Shown here: piece by piece, positions 1 through 8,989 of the stretch
How the letters are laid out: every line of letters starts with the position of its first letter
Numbering within the stretch: position 1 is the stretch's first letter
Source of the DNA: a virus
Lineage: Duplodnaviria > Caudoviricetes
Virus record (IMG/VR): IMGVR_UViG_3300028588_000082
Location: 1 to 24,411 of that record
Length of the DNA stretch: 24,411 nt
Reading direction: 5' to 3' (one strand)
The notes under the pieces: model-generated
The model's database searches: none
What the model saw: the letters and a program-made list of their open reading frames with translations, nothing else
Told to the model about the DNA's origin: nothing
Program-made: the position numbers and the translations under genes

Positions 1-2
1 AT

Positions 3-149
3 GGCTGGTATGGCGGTCTAGTTGAGGATGGTACTTCCCGGTCGCGGCGGCATCCGTTCGCCCGTCCCGCAGTCGACGGCAAGGCGGAGGAGGCGGCGGA
101 CGCAGTCGTCCAGGACCTCATGCTCAGCCTGCAAAAGGTAATCCGGTGA
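3..149 (+). CDS. 3' end of HK97 gp10-like tail/neck protein (partial)
   Basis: Frame 3 reads GWYGGLVEDGTSRSRRHPFARPAVDGKAEEAADAVVQDLMLSLQKVIR*, matching the gp10 Y..xxE.GT...PF.RPA pattern; GTGA overlap with next gene. Confidence 0.75.
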   Translation, partial: GWYGGLVEDGTSRSRRHPFARPAVDGKAEEAADAVVQDLMLSLQKVIR

Positions 150-556
150 GCTTCGAGGTAGCCCTTGCCAAACGGCTGCTCGACGCGCCCGCCGCGAAGG
201 AGAAGGTCGAGACAAGGGTCGACTGGGATCGCCGCTGGGGCCGATCCCTTCCGGCGTACACGCTCAACATAGCCAGCGATGTCCGACTGCAGCACATGAA
301 GGGGTTCCAGCGGGTCCGCCAGACGCGCGTCGTGGTGGAGTGCTGGGGCGCGACGAAGGTTGACGCCATCGCCCTGCGAGGCATCGCCATTGCCGTCCTG
401 ACACCCTCCGCGCTGCTCGACGGCGTGCGATTCCAGCGAGCGCAGGTGCCGCTCGTTCGCCCTGGCTTCGACGGTGACGGCACGGCGAGCGACGAGCAGC
501 CGCAAGGCGAAACCTACCGCGAAATCATCGACTTCATCTTCACCCACAACGGCTAA
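146..556 (+). CDS. Tail terminator/completion protein (DUF3168-like)
   Basis: 136 aa between gp10-like and tail tube genes; RV.W..R, RVVVECWG and IIDF motifs. Confidence 0.75.
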   Translation: MSFEVALAKRLLDAPAAKEKVETRVDWDRRWGRSLPAYTLNIASDVRLQHMKGFQRVRQTRVVVECWGATKVDAIALRGIAIAVLTPSALLDGVRFQRAQVPLVRPGFDGDGTASDEQPQGETYREIIDFIFTHNG

Positions 557-574
557 CCACAGGAGGCCAGACAC

Positions 575-1051
575 ATGGACGCAGACGGCAACAGCGAAGC
601 CCGGATCGGCTGGGGCAGCGAGTTTTTCCTCGGCAACGCGGCCGGCGAACTCGTCGAACTGGACGAGGTGACCGAGGTCGCTCTCCCGGAAGAGACTGTC
701 GACGATGTCGAGGTCACGCACATGAAATCGAAGGGCAAACGCAAGGAATATAAGGGCGGCATGATCGAGCCCGGCGACGGCTCGGTCGTTTTCAACTACA
801 TCCCCGGCTCGCCATCCGACACTCTGGTGCGCGAGGCGCAGGGCAAGGTTCGCGCGTTCAAGACGACGCTCCCCGACGAGGACGGCAATCCTGCCTGGCA
901 GGTGGAGGGCTTCCTCTACGTCAAGTCGCGCAGCCGTGCGGTGCCGATCGGCGACCGCATGACCTGCACCGTCGCGGTGGGGTTCACGGGTGCCAGCGAA
1001 GAAAGCGCGGTCGCGGGCGGGGCCGCTGCTGCTCAGGCGGAAGACGCCTGA
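575..1051 (+). CDS. Major tail tube protein
   Basis: AGGAGG SD; VDDVEVTHMKS..KRKEYKGG.IEPG motif typical of lambda-like tail tube proteins. Confidence 0.85.
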   Translation: MDADGNSEARIGWGSEFFLGNAAGELVELDEVTEVALPEETVDDVEVTHMKSKGKRKEYKGGMIEPGDGSVVFNYIPGSPSDTLVREAQGKVRAFKTTLPDEDGNPAWQVEGFLYVKSRSRAVPIGDRMTCTVAVGFTGASEESAVAGGAAAAQAEDA

Positions 1052-1078
1052 TGATCGGCGAGGTCGTGTTCGAAGCTC
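1051..1078 (+). pseudogene. 5' stub of probable tail assembly chaperone gene (MIGEVVFEA)
   Basis: Coupled start at the tube stop (TGATG); after ~9 codons the DNA is tape-measure interior in another frame (LVGQTNLSSAADLTTDIMTQFG). Confidence 0.55.
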
Positions 1079-2275
1079 GTCGGCCAAACCAACCTGTCGA
1101 GCGCTGCCGACCTCACCACCGACATCATGACGCAATTCGGGAAGTCGTCGAGCGACCTGCCCGGCATCGTCGACAAGGTGGCTGGCGCCCTGGATGCGTC
1201 GAAGCTGAGTTTCGACGACTATCGTCTTGCCGCCGGGCAGGCGGGCGGCCTGGTCGGTGCGCTCGGCTATAGCTTCGACGACTTCAACACCGCGCTGGCG
1301 GCGACCGCGCCGCTGTTCGACTCCGGCTCGGACGCGGGCACATCGTTCCGGACCTTCCTCACCTCGCTCAACGCCAAGAGCGAGGATGCCGTTCGCACGA
1401 TGAACAAGCTCGGCCTGTCGTTCTACGAGGCGGACGGATCGGCGCGGCCGCTGGCGCAGATCGCGGACGAGTTGCAGAAGAAAATGAGCAACCTGTCCGA
1501 TCGCTCGAAAAACGAGGCGTTGCAGAACATCTTCGGCGTCGACGGTGCGCGCACCGCGCTGGCACTGATGAAGCTGGGGCTGGAGGGTGTGGAGGACGCC
1601 CGCAAGAAGATCGGCGCAGTCACCGCCGATCAGAAGCTGGCAATCCTGCTGGACGGCGAGGCAGCGGCAACCCAGCGGGTGGCGAGCGCCTGGGAGAAGC
1701 TCAAGATCGTGTTCGGCGAAGCCGGCATCATCCAATTCTTCACCGCCATCAAAACCTTTGCGGCGGACGCCATCAACGTGATCGCCAGCGCACCGCCCTG
1801 GTTCTACAAGCTGGCCGCTGGCGTCGCGATCGTCGTCGCGTCTATCGGCCCCATGATCCTGGTGGGCACGGCGCTCGCCAAGGTTTTGCTGCCGCTGTTG
1901 CTGCTGCGGCTCGGCCCGGTTGCGCTAGGCTTCGCCGCGCTGATCAACCCGGTCGGCGTGGTCGTTCGCCTTCTTGGCCAGCTCGCCTTGCAGGCCGGTG
2001 CCGCGACCCTGATGGGGCGTCTGGGGACGGCGATGATCGGCGTCGCGGGTCCGGCCGGCCTGTTCATCGCTGCGCTGTCCCTGTTGATCCCCGCCATCAT
2101 GCAGGGCGGGCAGGTTTCCGAGTTCTACGCCAAGGCGCAGGGCGCGGTCAGTGCTGCGCAATGGGCCAACGCGGACCAGCGCAAGCGCGATCTGGACGGT
2201 GCTTATGCGGATAAGCGGGCTGGCGTGATGCGCCAGACCGAAGGCCCGGCCGAAAGCTTCATACGATCACTCAAT
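1076..2275 (+). pseudogene. Tape measure protein, 5'-truncated and internally deleted
   Basis: TP901-type core (GSDAGTSFRTFL, LGLSFY...G..RPL..I..EL, IFG.D..R) then a hydrophobic region; lacks its N-terminus and runs in frame into the next gene. Confidence 0.85.
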
Positions 2276-2877
2276 GTGAGTGAGCTTGTCCAACTCCCCG
2301 ACTGGCCGGCGCCGAATGGCGCCACGCCGGGTCTGATTGACTTTGGCGGCTTTCTTGTCCCGTTGCTGGGCGGGCGCGTGCAGCGCCTGGATCGCATGGG
2401 CAATCGCCACCGGATCGCGATCACGATCCCTCCGCTGGGATATGGCGACGAGGGCCGCATATGGATCCAGCGGCTCAAGCGTGGAAAGACCGCGGGCGTC
2501 CGGATGGAATATCCGCTGCTGGACTTCGAACCCGGCCCCTGTGGGAAGCCGGTGGCGGACGGCGCGGACCAGGGCGGGCGTCTGCTGAAGCTGCGCGGCC
2601 TGCGGCGCGGCTATGCGGTTCGTGAAGGCCAGCCCTTCTCGTTGGTCCAGCCTGAGGGCCGCTACCTTATTCGGCGGACCTTCCCGTGGCAGCGGATGCC
2701 AGCGGGCGAGCGACGGTGCAGGTCACACCTATGCTGCGCGCGCCGAGCATAGATGCGGGTGTGGTCGAGATGGCGCGGCCAATGATCGAAGGGTTCATCC
2801 GCGGGGACGAGCTGAGCTGGGAGCTTGATGTCGCTCACAATGTCGGACTGCAATTCGAGGTCGAGGAGTTCGCATGA
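2276..2877 (+). pseudogene. Distal tail (Dit)-like protein, fused to TMP and frameshifted at ~2668
   Basis: GTG 2276 starts MSELVQLPDWPAP...PLLGGRVQRLDRMG.R; the C-terminus (SADLPVAADASGRATVQVTPMLR...FEVEEFA*) continues in another frame. Confidence 0.7.
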
Positions 2878-3454
2878 CACCGACTATGCAAGCCGCCCTC
2901 TCGGGCCGCAGGGCGATGATCGTCGGGCTGATCGACATCGATCTGCCAGGCTACCACCTCTCGATCTGCGACGGCGGCTGGGTCGATCATGGCGGGCGGC
3001 GTTACCTGTCGCGGGATGCCCGCTTCGGCACCGTGCAGTCGGTGGAGGACTTCACCGACGGCGTAGGCGACGAGGCACCCGCTGGTCAGCTGACCTTCCT
3101 GCCCGCCTCGACCTCCGCTGCGGTTCAGTTGTCGTCGCCAGCCTATCAGGGTTCTGCGTTGAACTTCGCGTGGGCGGTGGTCGATGAGATGACCGGCAAA
3201 ATCATCGCCGAGCCAGACCTGATCTTCGACGGCGAACTGGACACGACCACGCTGAACGAAGAGCGGGCGGCCGCACGCTCGACATGGGTTTCGTGTCGTC
3301 CTCCGAGCGCTTCTTCGAAGACAATGAGGGCGCGCGGCTGTCCGATGGCTTCCACCAGGAAGTCTGGCCGGGCGATCTGGGCATGGCGAACGCAACCGGC
3401 ATCGGCAAGCGTGACTATTGGGGTGCCGACAAGGCGCCGAGCGGCCTGGGCTGA
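2874..3454 (+). pseudogene. Tail hub/minor tail protein, frameshifted at ~3266
   Basis: After FDGELDTTTLNEER the phage-like C-terminus (GRTLDMGFVSSSERFFEDNEGARLSDGFHQEVWPGDLG...YWG..*) lies in another frame and ends at TGA 3452-3454. Confidence 0.7.
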
Positions 3455-3457
3455 TCC

Positions 3458-3859
3458 ATGATCCTAGAAAAACGCCGGAAGGCGACCGAGGCGACGATCG
3501 CGCGCTTTTCGGGCCGCGCGTTCGCATGGGGCAAGAACGATTGCGCTCGGCTGGCATACCGGCAGATGCGCGAGATGGGGCACCGGCCCAAGGCGCTGCC
3601 GCGCTACCAAAGCGCGATCGGCGCGCGCACGGCGCTGTCGAAGCTTGGCCACGCGGACCTGGTCGGCGCGCTCGACGCGATGCTGCCGCGCGTGGTCCCG
3701 GCCATGGCTTGGCTGGGCGACCTGGTCGCTTTGAAGGGTGACGTGTTCGAAGCGATCGGGGTCGTGGTCGGCAATGGCCGCGTGGTGTGCTGGGCGGAGG
3801 GTGCGGAAGTGCCGGTGATCTTCCAGCCAACCGAGTATCTGGGGGCGTGGCGACTGTGA
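3458..3859 (+). CDS. Tail-associated NlpC/P60-like protein (DUF6950-like)
   Basis: F.WG..DC motif, GDLV and terminal AWRL; located just before the tail tip gene. Confidence 0.75.
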   Translation: MILEKRRKATEATIARFSGRAFAWGKNDCARLAYRQMREMGHRPKALPRYQSAIGARTALSKLGHADLVGALDAMLPRVVPAMAWLGDLVALKGDVFEAIGVVVGNGRVVCWAEGAEVPVIFQPTEYLGAWRL

Positions 3860-5583
3860 GCAAGGCGCTGACGACGTTCGGCACGATCATCGCTGCCGCG
3901 GGGCTGGTGATGACCGGCATCGGTGCCGTCGCGCTTCCAGGCTTGGCCGGCGCCGTCTCTGTGTTCGGCGTCTCGGCCGGCACGCTGACGGCGATCGGCA
4001 GCGGGCTGGCGGCGGTCGGCTCAATGACCGCCAGCAAGCCGAGCACCACCTATGCCGGCGATCAGACCGAGTGGTCGCTCGATCCCACTTCGCCCATCCC
4101 GTACCATATCGGCCGCACCTACAATGCCGGGGTGGTGCGGCATGTCGACGCCTATGGCTCCAAGCGGGCCTATCGCTCGCTGGTAATGGTCTATTCCGGC
4201 GCGGGGCCGGTCCAGGGCACCGAGGCATGGTTTGCCGATGACAAGGCCGTGCCGTTCGCCGGGGGTGCCGCGCAGGGCTATTATTCCGGGTGGATGTGGC
4301 TGGATGCGCAGGCCGGCCAGACACCCGAGGCGCGGGCGCTCACCCCGCCCGTTGCCGGGTTCCCCAATTGGGGTCCGGCGCACAAGCTGTCGGGTTATGA
4401 CGCCGCGCTGCTGACGCTGAAGTGGGACAAGAAGGGCAAGGTCTTTAGCGCCGGCACGCCCAAGTTCGGCAAGGTTGGCGATGGCGTTCGCGTTTATGAT
4501 GCGCGGCAGGACAGCACCTGGCCCGGCGGGGACGGCCCATGCCGCTTCGGTGACGAAAGCACCTACGTCGGCGGGTCAGCGGCGCGCAATCCGTGGTGCC
4601 ACGCGCTCACCTACGCGATGGGGCGTTTCCATAATGGCAAGCGGGTGGTCGGGGTCGGCAAGCCGAAGAACGGCATCGACATCGCCGCCTTCGTCGCCGC
4701 GGCGAATGTCGCGGACGCGAATGGCTGGACGATCGGCGGCGTCACTTTCGACGATGGCGAAGGTGCCAAGTGGAACAACCTCAAGCTGATGTGCCAGGCG
4801 GGCGGCGGCGAGCCGATCCATGTCGGTGGGAAGTTGTCCTGCAAGGTCTCCGCGCCACGCGTATCCGTGGGGCGGATCGGGCCGGACGACCTTGCCGAAG
4901 GGCGGATCAGCATCCCGGCCATGCTGTCGCGCCGAAGCCGCATCAACGGGGTCGTGCCGAAGTACCGTTCCGAAGGGCACAAATGGGAGATGATCTCGGG
5001 CAGCGTGGTGCGGATCGGCGCCTATGTGGCCGAGGATCGCGGACAGCGTACCAAGGAAATCGAATACAGGCTGGTGCAATGCTTCGCCGGCCAGGAGGCC
5101 AAACAGGCGGCCCAGCTGGCGGCCTATGACGTGGTCAATGCCCGCGAGTTCGGGCCGATCGTCATCCCGTGCAAGCCGCGCATGTGGGGGTTCAAGCCCG
5201 GCGATGCGGTGACGATCGACCTGCCCGCGCAGGGTCTGAACGGCCAGCTGGCGGTGATCCTCAACCGCAAGCTGAACGTGGCGACGGGGGCGGTGGAACT
5301 GACGCTTGCCAGCGAAACCACCGCGAAGCACCCGCTGGCGCTGGGCGCAACTACGGTGGCACCGCCTACGCCTGCGCTGAGTGATCCCGAAGTGATCGAC
5401 GCGGCCGCGGCCGATGACACCGACACGGCGGCGATCGTCGTGTTGCAGCAGGGCGTGGAGGGCCAGGGGGCGGCTCTCCAGCAGCAGGCGGCTGTGATTG
5501 CGCAGCAGGCTGCGACCCTCGCCGGCGCTGAAAGCCGGATACTCGAACTGAAAAACCGCCTCGACGCGATGCAAGCGGCATAG
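3856..5583 (+). CDS. Tail tip / central tail protein (J-like)
   Basis: GTG 3856 overlaps the previous stop; IPY.IGRT, RVYDAR, NPW, F..AA..AD and L.PGD.V motifs; short C-terminal coiled coil. Confidence 0.85.
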   Translation: MSKALTTFGTIIAAAGLVMTGIGAVALPGLAGAVSVFGVSAGTLTAIGSGLAAVGSMTASKPSTTYAGDQTEWSLDPTSPIPYHIGRTYNAGVVRHVDAYGSKRAYRSLVMVYSGAGPVQGTEAWFADDKAVPFAGGAAQGYYSGWMWLDAQAGQTPEARALTPPVAGFPNWGPAHKLSGYDAALLTLKWDKKGKVFSAGTPKFGKVGDGVRVYDARQDSTWPGGDGPCRFGDESTYVGGSAARNPWCHALTYAMGRFHNGKRVVGVGKPKNGIDIAAFVAAANVADANGWTIGGVTFDDGEGAKWNNLKLMCQAGGGEPIHVGGKLSCKVSAPRVSVGRIGPDDLAEGRISIPAMLSRRSRINGVVPKYRSEGHKWEMISGSVVRIGAYVAEDRGQRTKEIEYRLVQCFAGQEAKQAAQLAAYDVVNAREFGPIVIPCKPRMWGFKPGDAVTIDLPAQGLNGQLAVILNRKLNVATGAVELTLASETTAKHPLALGATTVAPPTPALSDPEVIDAAAADDTDTAAIVVLQQGVEGQGAALQQQAAVIAQQAATLAGAESRILELKNRLDAMQAA

Positions 5584-5607
5584 CGCGCAACCTTACTGGA
5601 GACCCTA

Positions 5608-7899
5608 ATGGCCGACACTGCTGCCAACGTCGCACTTGCCGTGCGGCGCTACGAAGTTGCGCGTTTCACGATCGCCGTGACCGGCATCGATCTGACCGGC
5701 GTGCCGATGAACATGCAGGTGCGGCCAGAGCGCGGCACCCCAGGGCCGCCGTTCATCCAACTCGGTACGGTCGCGACCGCTTCCGCCGAGGGCCTGAAGC
5801 TCGACAGCGTCACCGTCGTCGATGGCGTGCCTACAAGCATCATCAAGGGCCGCATCAACCAAACGACCATGTCGGACGATGACAAGGTTCCGTACTCGGG
5901 TGAGATGGGCTCCGACACGGTGATGGCGTACGCCATGCAGTGGACGCTGGGCGGTGACGCGCGGACGCGGATCGAGGGCGAGTTCACCGTTCGCGACAGC
6001 GCCTATGGCTCGGACAACGCGCCGCTGAGCCGTCCGCCGAGCTATTGCGGAGGCAGCGCGCGCCGCACGGGGGCGAGCAGCGGCTCGCTGACGTTTGGTG
6101 ACCAGGTGGTGCGGGTGAGCATCGCCGATATTGATCTCGCGGCTCCTGCAATTGCAGAGGCCACGCGGGCCGCGGCAGAAGCGGTGGCGGCGGCCGAGGC
6201 CGCCACCCGCGGCTTTCCCGCCCTCAGCGCCTCGCTCGGCTACGACCTGTCCGCCACCTCGACGCAGACCTATGGCTCGACCGCAGGGGACACGGGCTCC
6301 TATGCGTCCGGCTTCACGGTTGGCATCATTCATGCGATCCGCGAGCCTGCGCTGCTCGATAGCATCCAGCTCCGGCTCAGCGCGGCCGGCACCGGCAAGG
6401 TGCAGATCGTCGGCGCGGACAACGTGATCCGTGATGAGTATGCCGTGGACGCTCCCGCGGCCGGTCTGAACACGATCAACCTACTCGCCGCGTCGATACA
6501 GCTGCGCCCCGGCGACAAGCTGTTCTACAGGCGCCAGGCCGGCGGGTTCGTCCGCTACGGCACCGGGGGCGGCACCAATGCCGCCTATCCCGACGCGGCG
6601 CTCGGCGCGACGGTGACCATCACGAACGCGCAGACCAGCTCGTCCGCCATGGCGATCGTAGTGCGCAGCGTTTCGGGCAGCGCGGCGCGACGGGTGGCGA
6701 AGCTGGAGGCGCAGGTTGATCGGCTGACGTTCGGGCGCCCGGCACTGCGGCAGGTGGCGACGCGGTGCTTCGTCCCCAACCAGTTTTCCAGCAGCAAGAG
6801 CGGCAACGGGGAGTCGATCCACTACAATCGCTCGGGCACCACGCTGCGCGCGCTGGCGGTGGTGTTCGCCAACTGGATCATCTCGACGCCTGTCAGCAAC
6901 GCGGGTGCGCAGAACGGCACAAAGCACGCGAACCCCGGCGCGGTGACCTATACCGCCTCGATCGAATATCCGATCGGCAGCGGCATCCGGACGCTATTGA
7001 CCTGGGATGGCGGCGCGGTCTCCAAGGTGGCGGCGGGCGGCGCGACCATCACTTCCGACCATGTGCCCCTGCTGCGTGCCATTCCCGAAGGCGACGCGTT
7101 CAAGGTCATCAATCACCAGGAGGCTCAGAGCGGCATCGTCTACACCGCAGTGACCGGCACAACGCTCAAGATGACGGGCGACTTCCAGTTTGGCGCGGCG
7201 AGTGCGAACGGCACCAACGACGTGACGCCTGGCGGCATCATGACCGGCGGCAGCGCGGCTGGCTTCTGCCCGCCCCTCGCCATCCTGGGGACCGGCGTGA
7301 ACAAGGCCGCGCTGCTGATCGGCGATAGCCTCGTGCTCGGACAGACCGACGTGGCGGACCCGGCGGTGGGCAACAGCGGCATCTTCGCGCGCAGGATCGG
7401 GCAGACGCGCCCGTACATCGATGCGGGCGTCTCGGGTGATCGAGCGCAGTGGTTCCTCGCCAATGGCGCTGACCGGGCGGCGCTCGCGGCCTTCTGCGAT
7501 ACGGTCTACTGCGACTACGGCAACAACGACCTCTACAGCGGTGGTCGCACGGCCGAGCAGCTGGAGACGGACCTCGCCGCGGTGCGCGCGCTCTTCCCGA
7601 CGCTGCCGTTCCTCCAGTCCACCATCACGATGCGGACGGGCGGCAGCTGGGGCAGCGCCGGTGCGCAGACTGTGGATGACAAGGAGCCGGTGCGCGACGC
7701 GGTTAACACGTCGATCGCAGCCGCATCCGGCGGGATCACCACCCCGATCGACGTGGCCGGCTTCTTTGAGGACCCGGCAGCGAACGGCAAGTGGCGCAGC
7801 GATGGGCAGGCGTGGACGTCCGACGGCATCCACCCGAACGCCCATGGCTATGCACAGCTTCAGGCGGCGGGCGTCGTGCCGGTGACGGTGCTTGCCTGA
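5608..7899 (+). CDS. Tail spike/receptor-binding protein with C-terminal SGNH/GDSL esterase
   Basis: GGAG SD; all four SGNH blocks present: LIGDSL, AGVSGD, YGNND, DGIHPN. Confidence 0.85.
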   Translation: MADTAANVALAVRRYEVARFTIAVTGIDLTGVPMNMQVRPERGTPGPPFIQLGTVATASAEGLKLDSVTVVDGVPTSIIKGRINQTTMSDDDKVPYSGEMGSDTVMAYAMQWTLGGDARTRIEGEFTVRDSAYGSDNAPLSRPPSYCGGSARRTGASSGSLTFGDQVVRVSIADIDLAAPAIAEATRAAAEAVAAAEAATRGFPALSASLGYDLSATSTQTYGSTAGDTGSYASGFTVGIIHAIREPALLDSIQLRLSAAGTGKVQIVGADNVIRDEYAVDAPAAGLNTINLLAASIQLRPGDKLFYRRQAGGFVRYGTGGGTNAAYPDAALGATVTITNAQTSSSAMAIVVRSVSGSAARRVAKLEAQVDRLTFGRPALRQVATRCFVPNQFSSSKSGNGESIHYNRSGTTLRALAVVFANWIISTPVSNAGAQNGTKHANPGAVTYTASIEYPIGSGIRTLLTWDGGAVSKVAAGGATITSDHVPLLRAIPEGDAFKVINHQEAQSGIVYTAVTGTTLKMTGDFQFGAASANGTNDVTPGGIMTGGSAAGFCPPLAILGTGVNKAALLIGDSLVLGQTDVADPAVGNSGIFARRIGQTRPYIDAGVSGDRAQWFLANGADRAALAAFCDTVYCDYGNNDLYSGGRTAEQLETDLAAVRALFPTLPFLQSTITMRTGGSWGSAGAQTVDDKEPVRDAVNTSIAAASGGITTPIDVAGFFEDPAANGKWRSDGQAWTSDGIHPNAHGYAQLQAAGVVPVTVLA

Positions 7900-7925
7900 C
7901 GGTCCAACCTCATGCGGCACCGTTA

Positions 7926-7951
7926 TGCCGCCGGCTTACCTCCCGGCGGCA
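7926..7951. terminator. Hairpin between convergent spike and moron genes
   Basis: TGCCGCCGG / CCGGCGGCA 9-bp stem; no strong U-tract. Confidence 0.45.
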
Positions 7952-7994
7952 ACTTCGTCGTACCCAGCCCTGCCTACCGATCTTACTGAAGGCT

Positions 7995-8243
7995 CTAATG
8001 CGTTCCGCCGTGGACGTGGTGAACTTCGATTTCGCTTTCTCCGAGAGCTTTCGCTTTCTTCCATAGCGTGGCGGTCAGCATTAGGAGTTCGCGAACTCTC
8101 TCACGGCCGAGCTGATTTTCCGAACCGGCAATCAGTTTCGTGATGGCAAAACACACCGACTGAATCGAAGCGTCCGGGCAATCGGTGGATATCGCGTCGA
8201 TCAGGCCCAGAAGCTCTTCCGGAGTGCCTGCATCGCCGGGCAT
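7995..8243 (-). CDS. Hypothetical 82-aa protein, last gene of the moron operon
   Basis: Start overlaps the FkbM stop (TAATG). Confidence 0.45.
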   Translation of the reverse strand: MPGDAGTPEELLGLIDAISTDCPDASIQSVCFAITKLIAGSENQLGRERVRELLMLTATLWKKAKALGESEIEVHHVHGGTH

Positions 8244-8986
8244 TATTTTGCCGTCGGCTTCAGGAATACGCCGTCACACTGGAGGAGATCCTGCGCGTTG
8301 ATGCGGCGTCGAAATCCGGGCGTGATGTCGGCTAACTTGAAGCCTAGTGCCGTGATCTTTTCGTAAACCTCGATAAACAGCGGCTGGCCTTCATAGAGGG
8401 AGACGAATGACATCTCCGTCTTGATGCCGACTATGCGATCAAGCGCGCCAGACGCGCCCTCGAGCACATCCATTTCGGTCCCCTGAGTATCAATCTTCAA
8501 GAGAACGTCGCCCTCTGGCACCAGGGCATCCAACATCGCATCGAGGCGATCCAGTGCCACTTTGATTTTCCGCACCTCTACGCTTTGCGGGGCAGCGGCT
8601 AGATGCAAGTCGCCCATTGGCAGAAGCGAACTGCTGATGCTGTTACCGGCTACGTGAAATTCGGCAGTGCCGGAGCGGTTGCTAAGTGCAACTGCCGGCG
8701 CGACGATCCATCGAGGGTTGCCTGCGGCGTTCTTGGCCAGAGTTTTGTGCTCGTCTGGCATGGGCTCAAACGATATGATCGTGCCGGTATAGCCGGCGGC
8801 AAACAGCTTGGTGGCGAATTGCCCCTCATTGGCGCCGACATCGAGCACGAACCTGATATTACGACGCTCTAGAAAGCCGGTCAGCTCGTCGAACTCCGGC
8901 GGATAAGGTCGATACTTCACGATCTTCAGTCCGAGTCCGTTGGTAACCCGGTGGAAGGATGTCTTTAGCGATTTGCGAACGCTCAT
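8243..8986 (-). CDS. FkbM family SAM-dependent methyltransferase
   Basis: VLDVGANEGQF, ISFEP and LLKIDTQGTEMDVLEG motifs. Confidence 0.92.
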   Translation of the reverse strand: MSVRKSLKTSFHRVTNGLGLKIVKYRPYPPEFDELTGFLERRNIRFVLDVGANEGQFATKLFAAGYTGTIISFEPMPDEHKTLAKNAAGNPRWIVAPAVALSNRSGTAEFHVAGNSISSSLLPMGDLHLAAAPQSVEVRKIKVALDRLDAMLDALVPEGDVLLKIDTQGTEMDVLEGASGALDRIVGIKTEMSFVSLYEGQPLFIEVYEKITALGFKLADITPGFRRRINAQDLLQCDGVFLKPTAK

Positions 8987-8989
8987 TGC

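Noticed and set aside
2835-7920. Long minus-strand ORFs (404, 332, 242, 308 aa) opposite the tail genes
   Set aside because: Shadow ORFs of high-GC coding DNA; low-complexity Arg/Pro/Ala-rich, no motifs.
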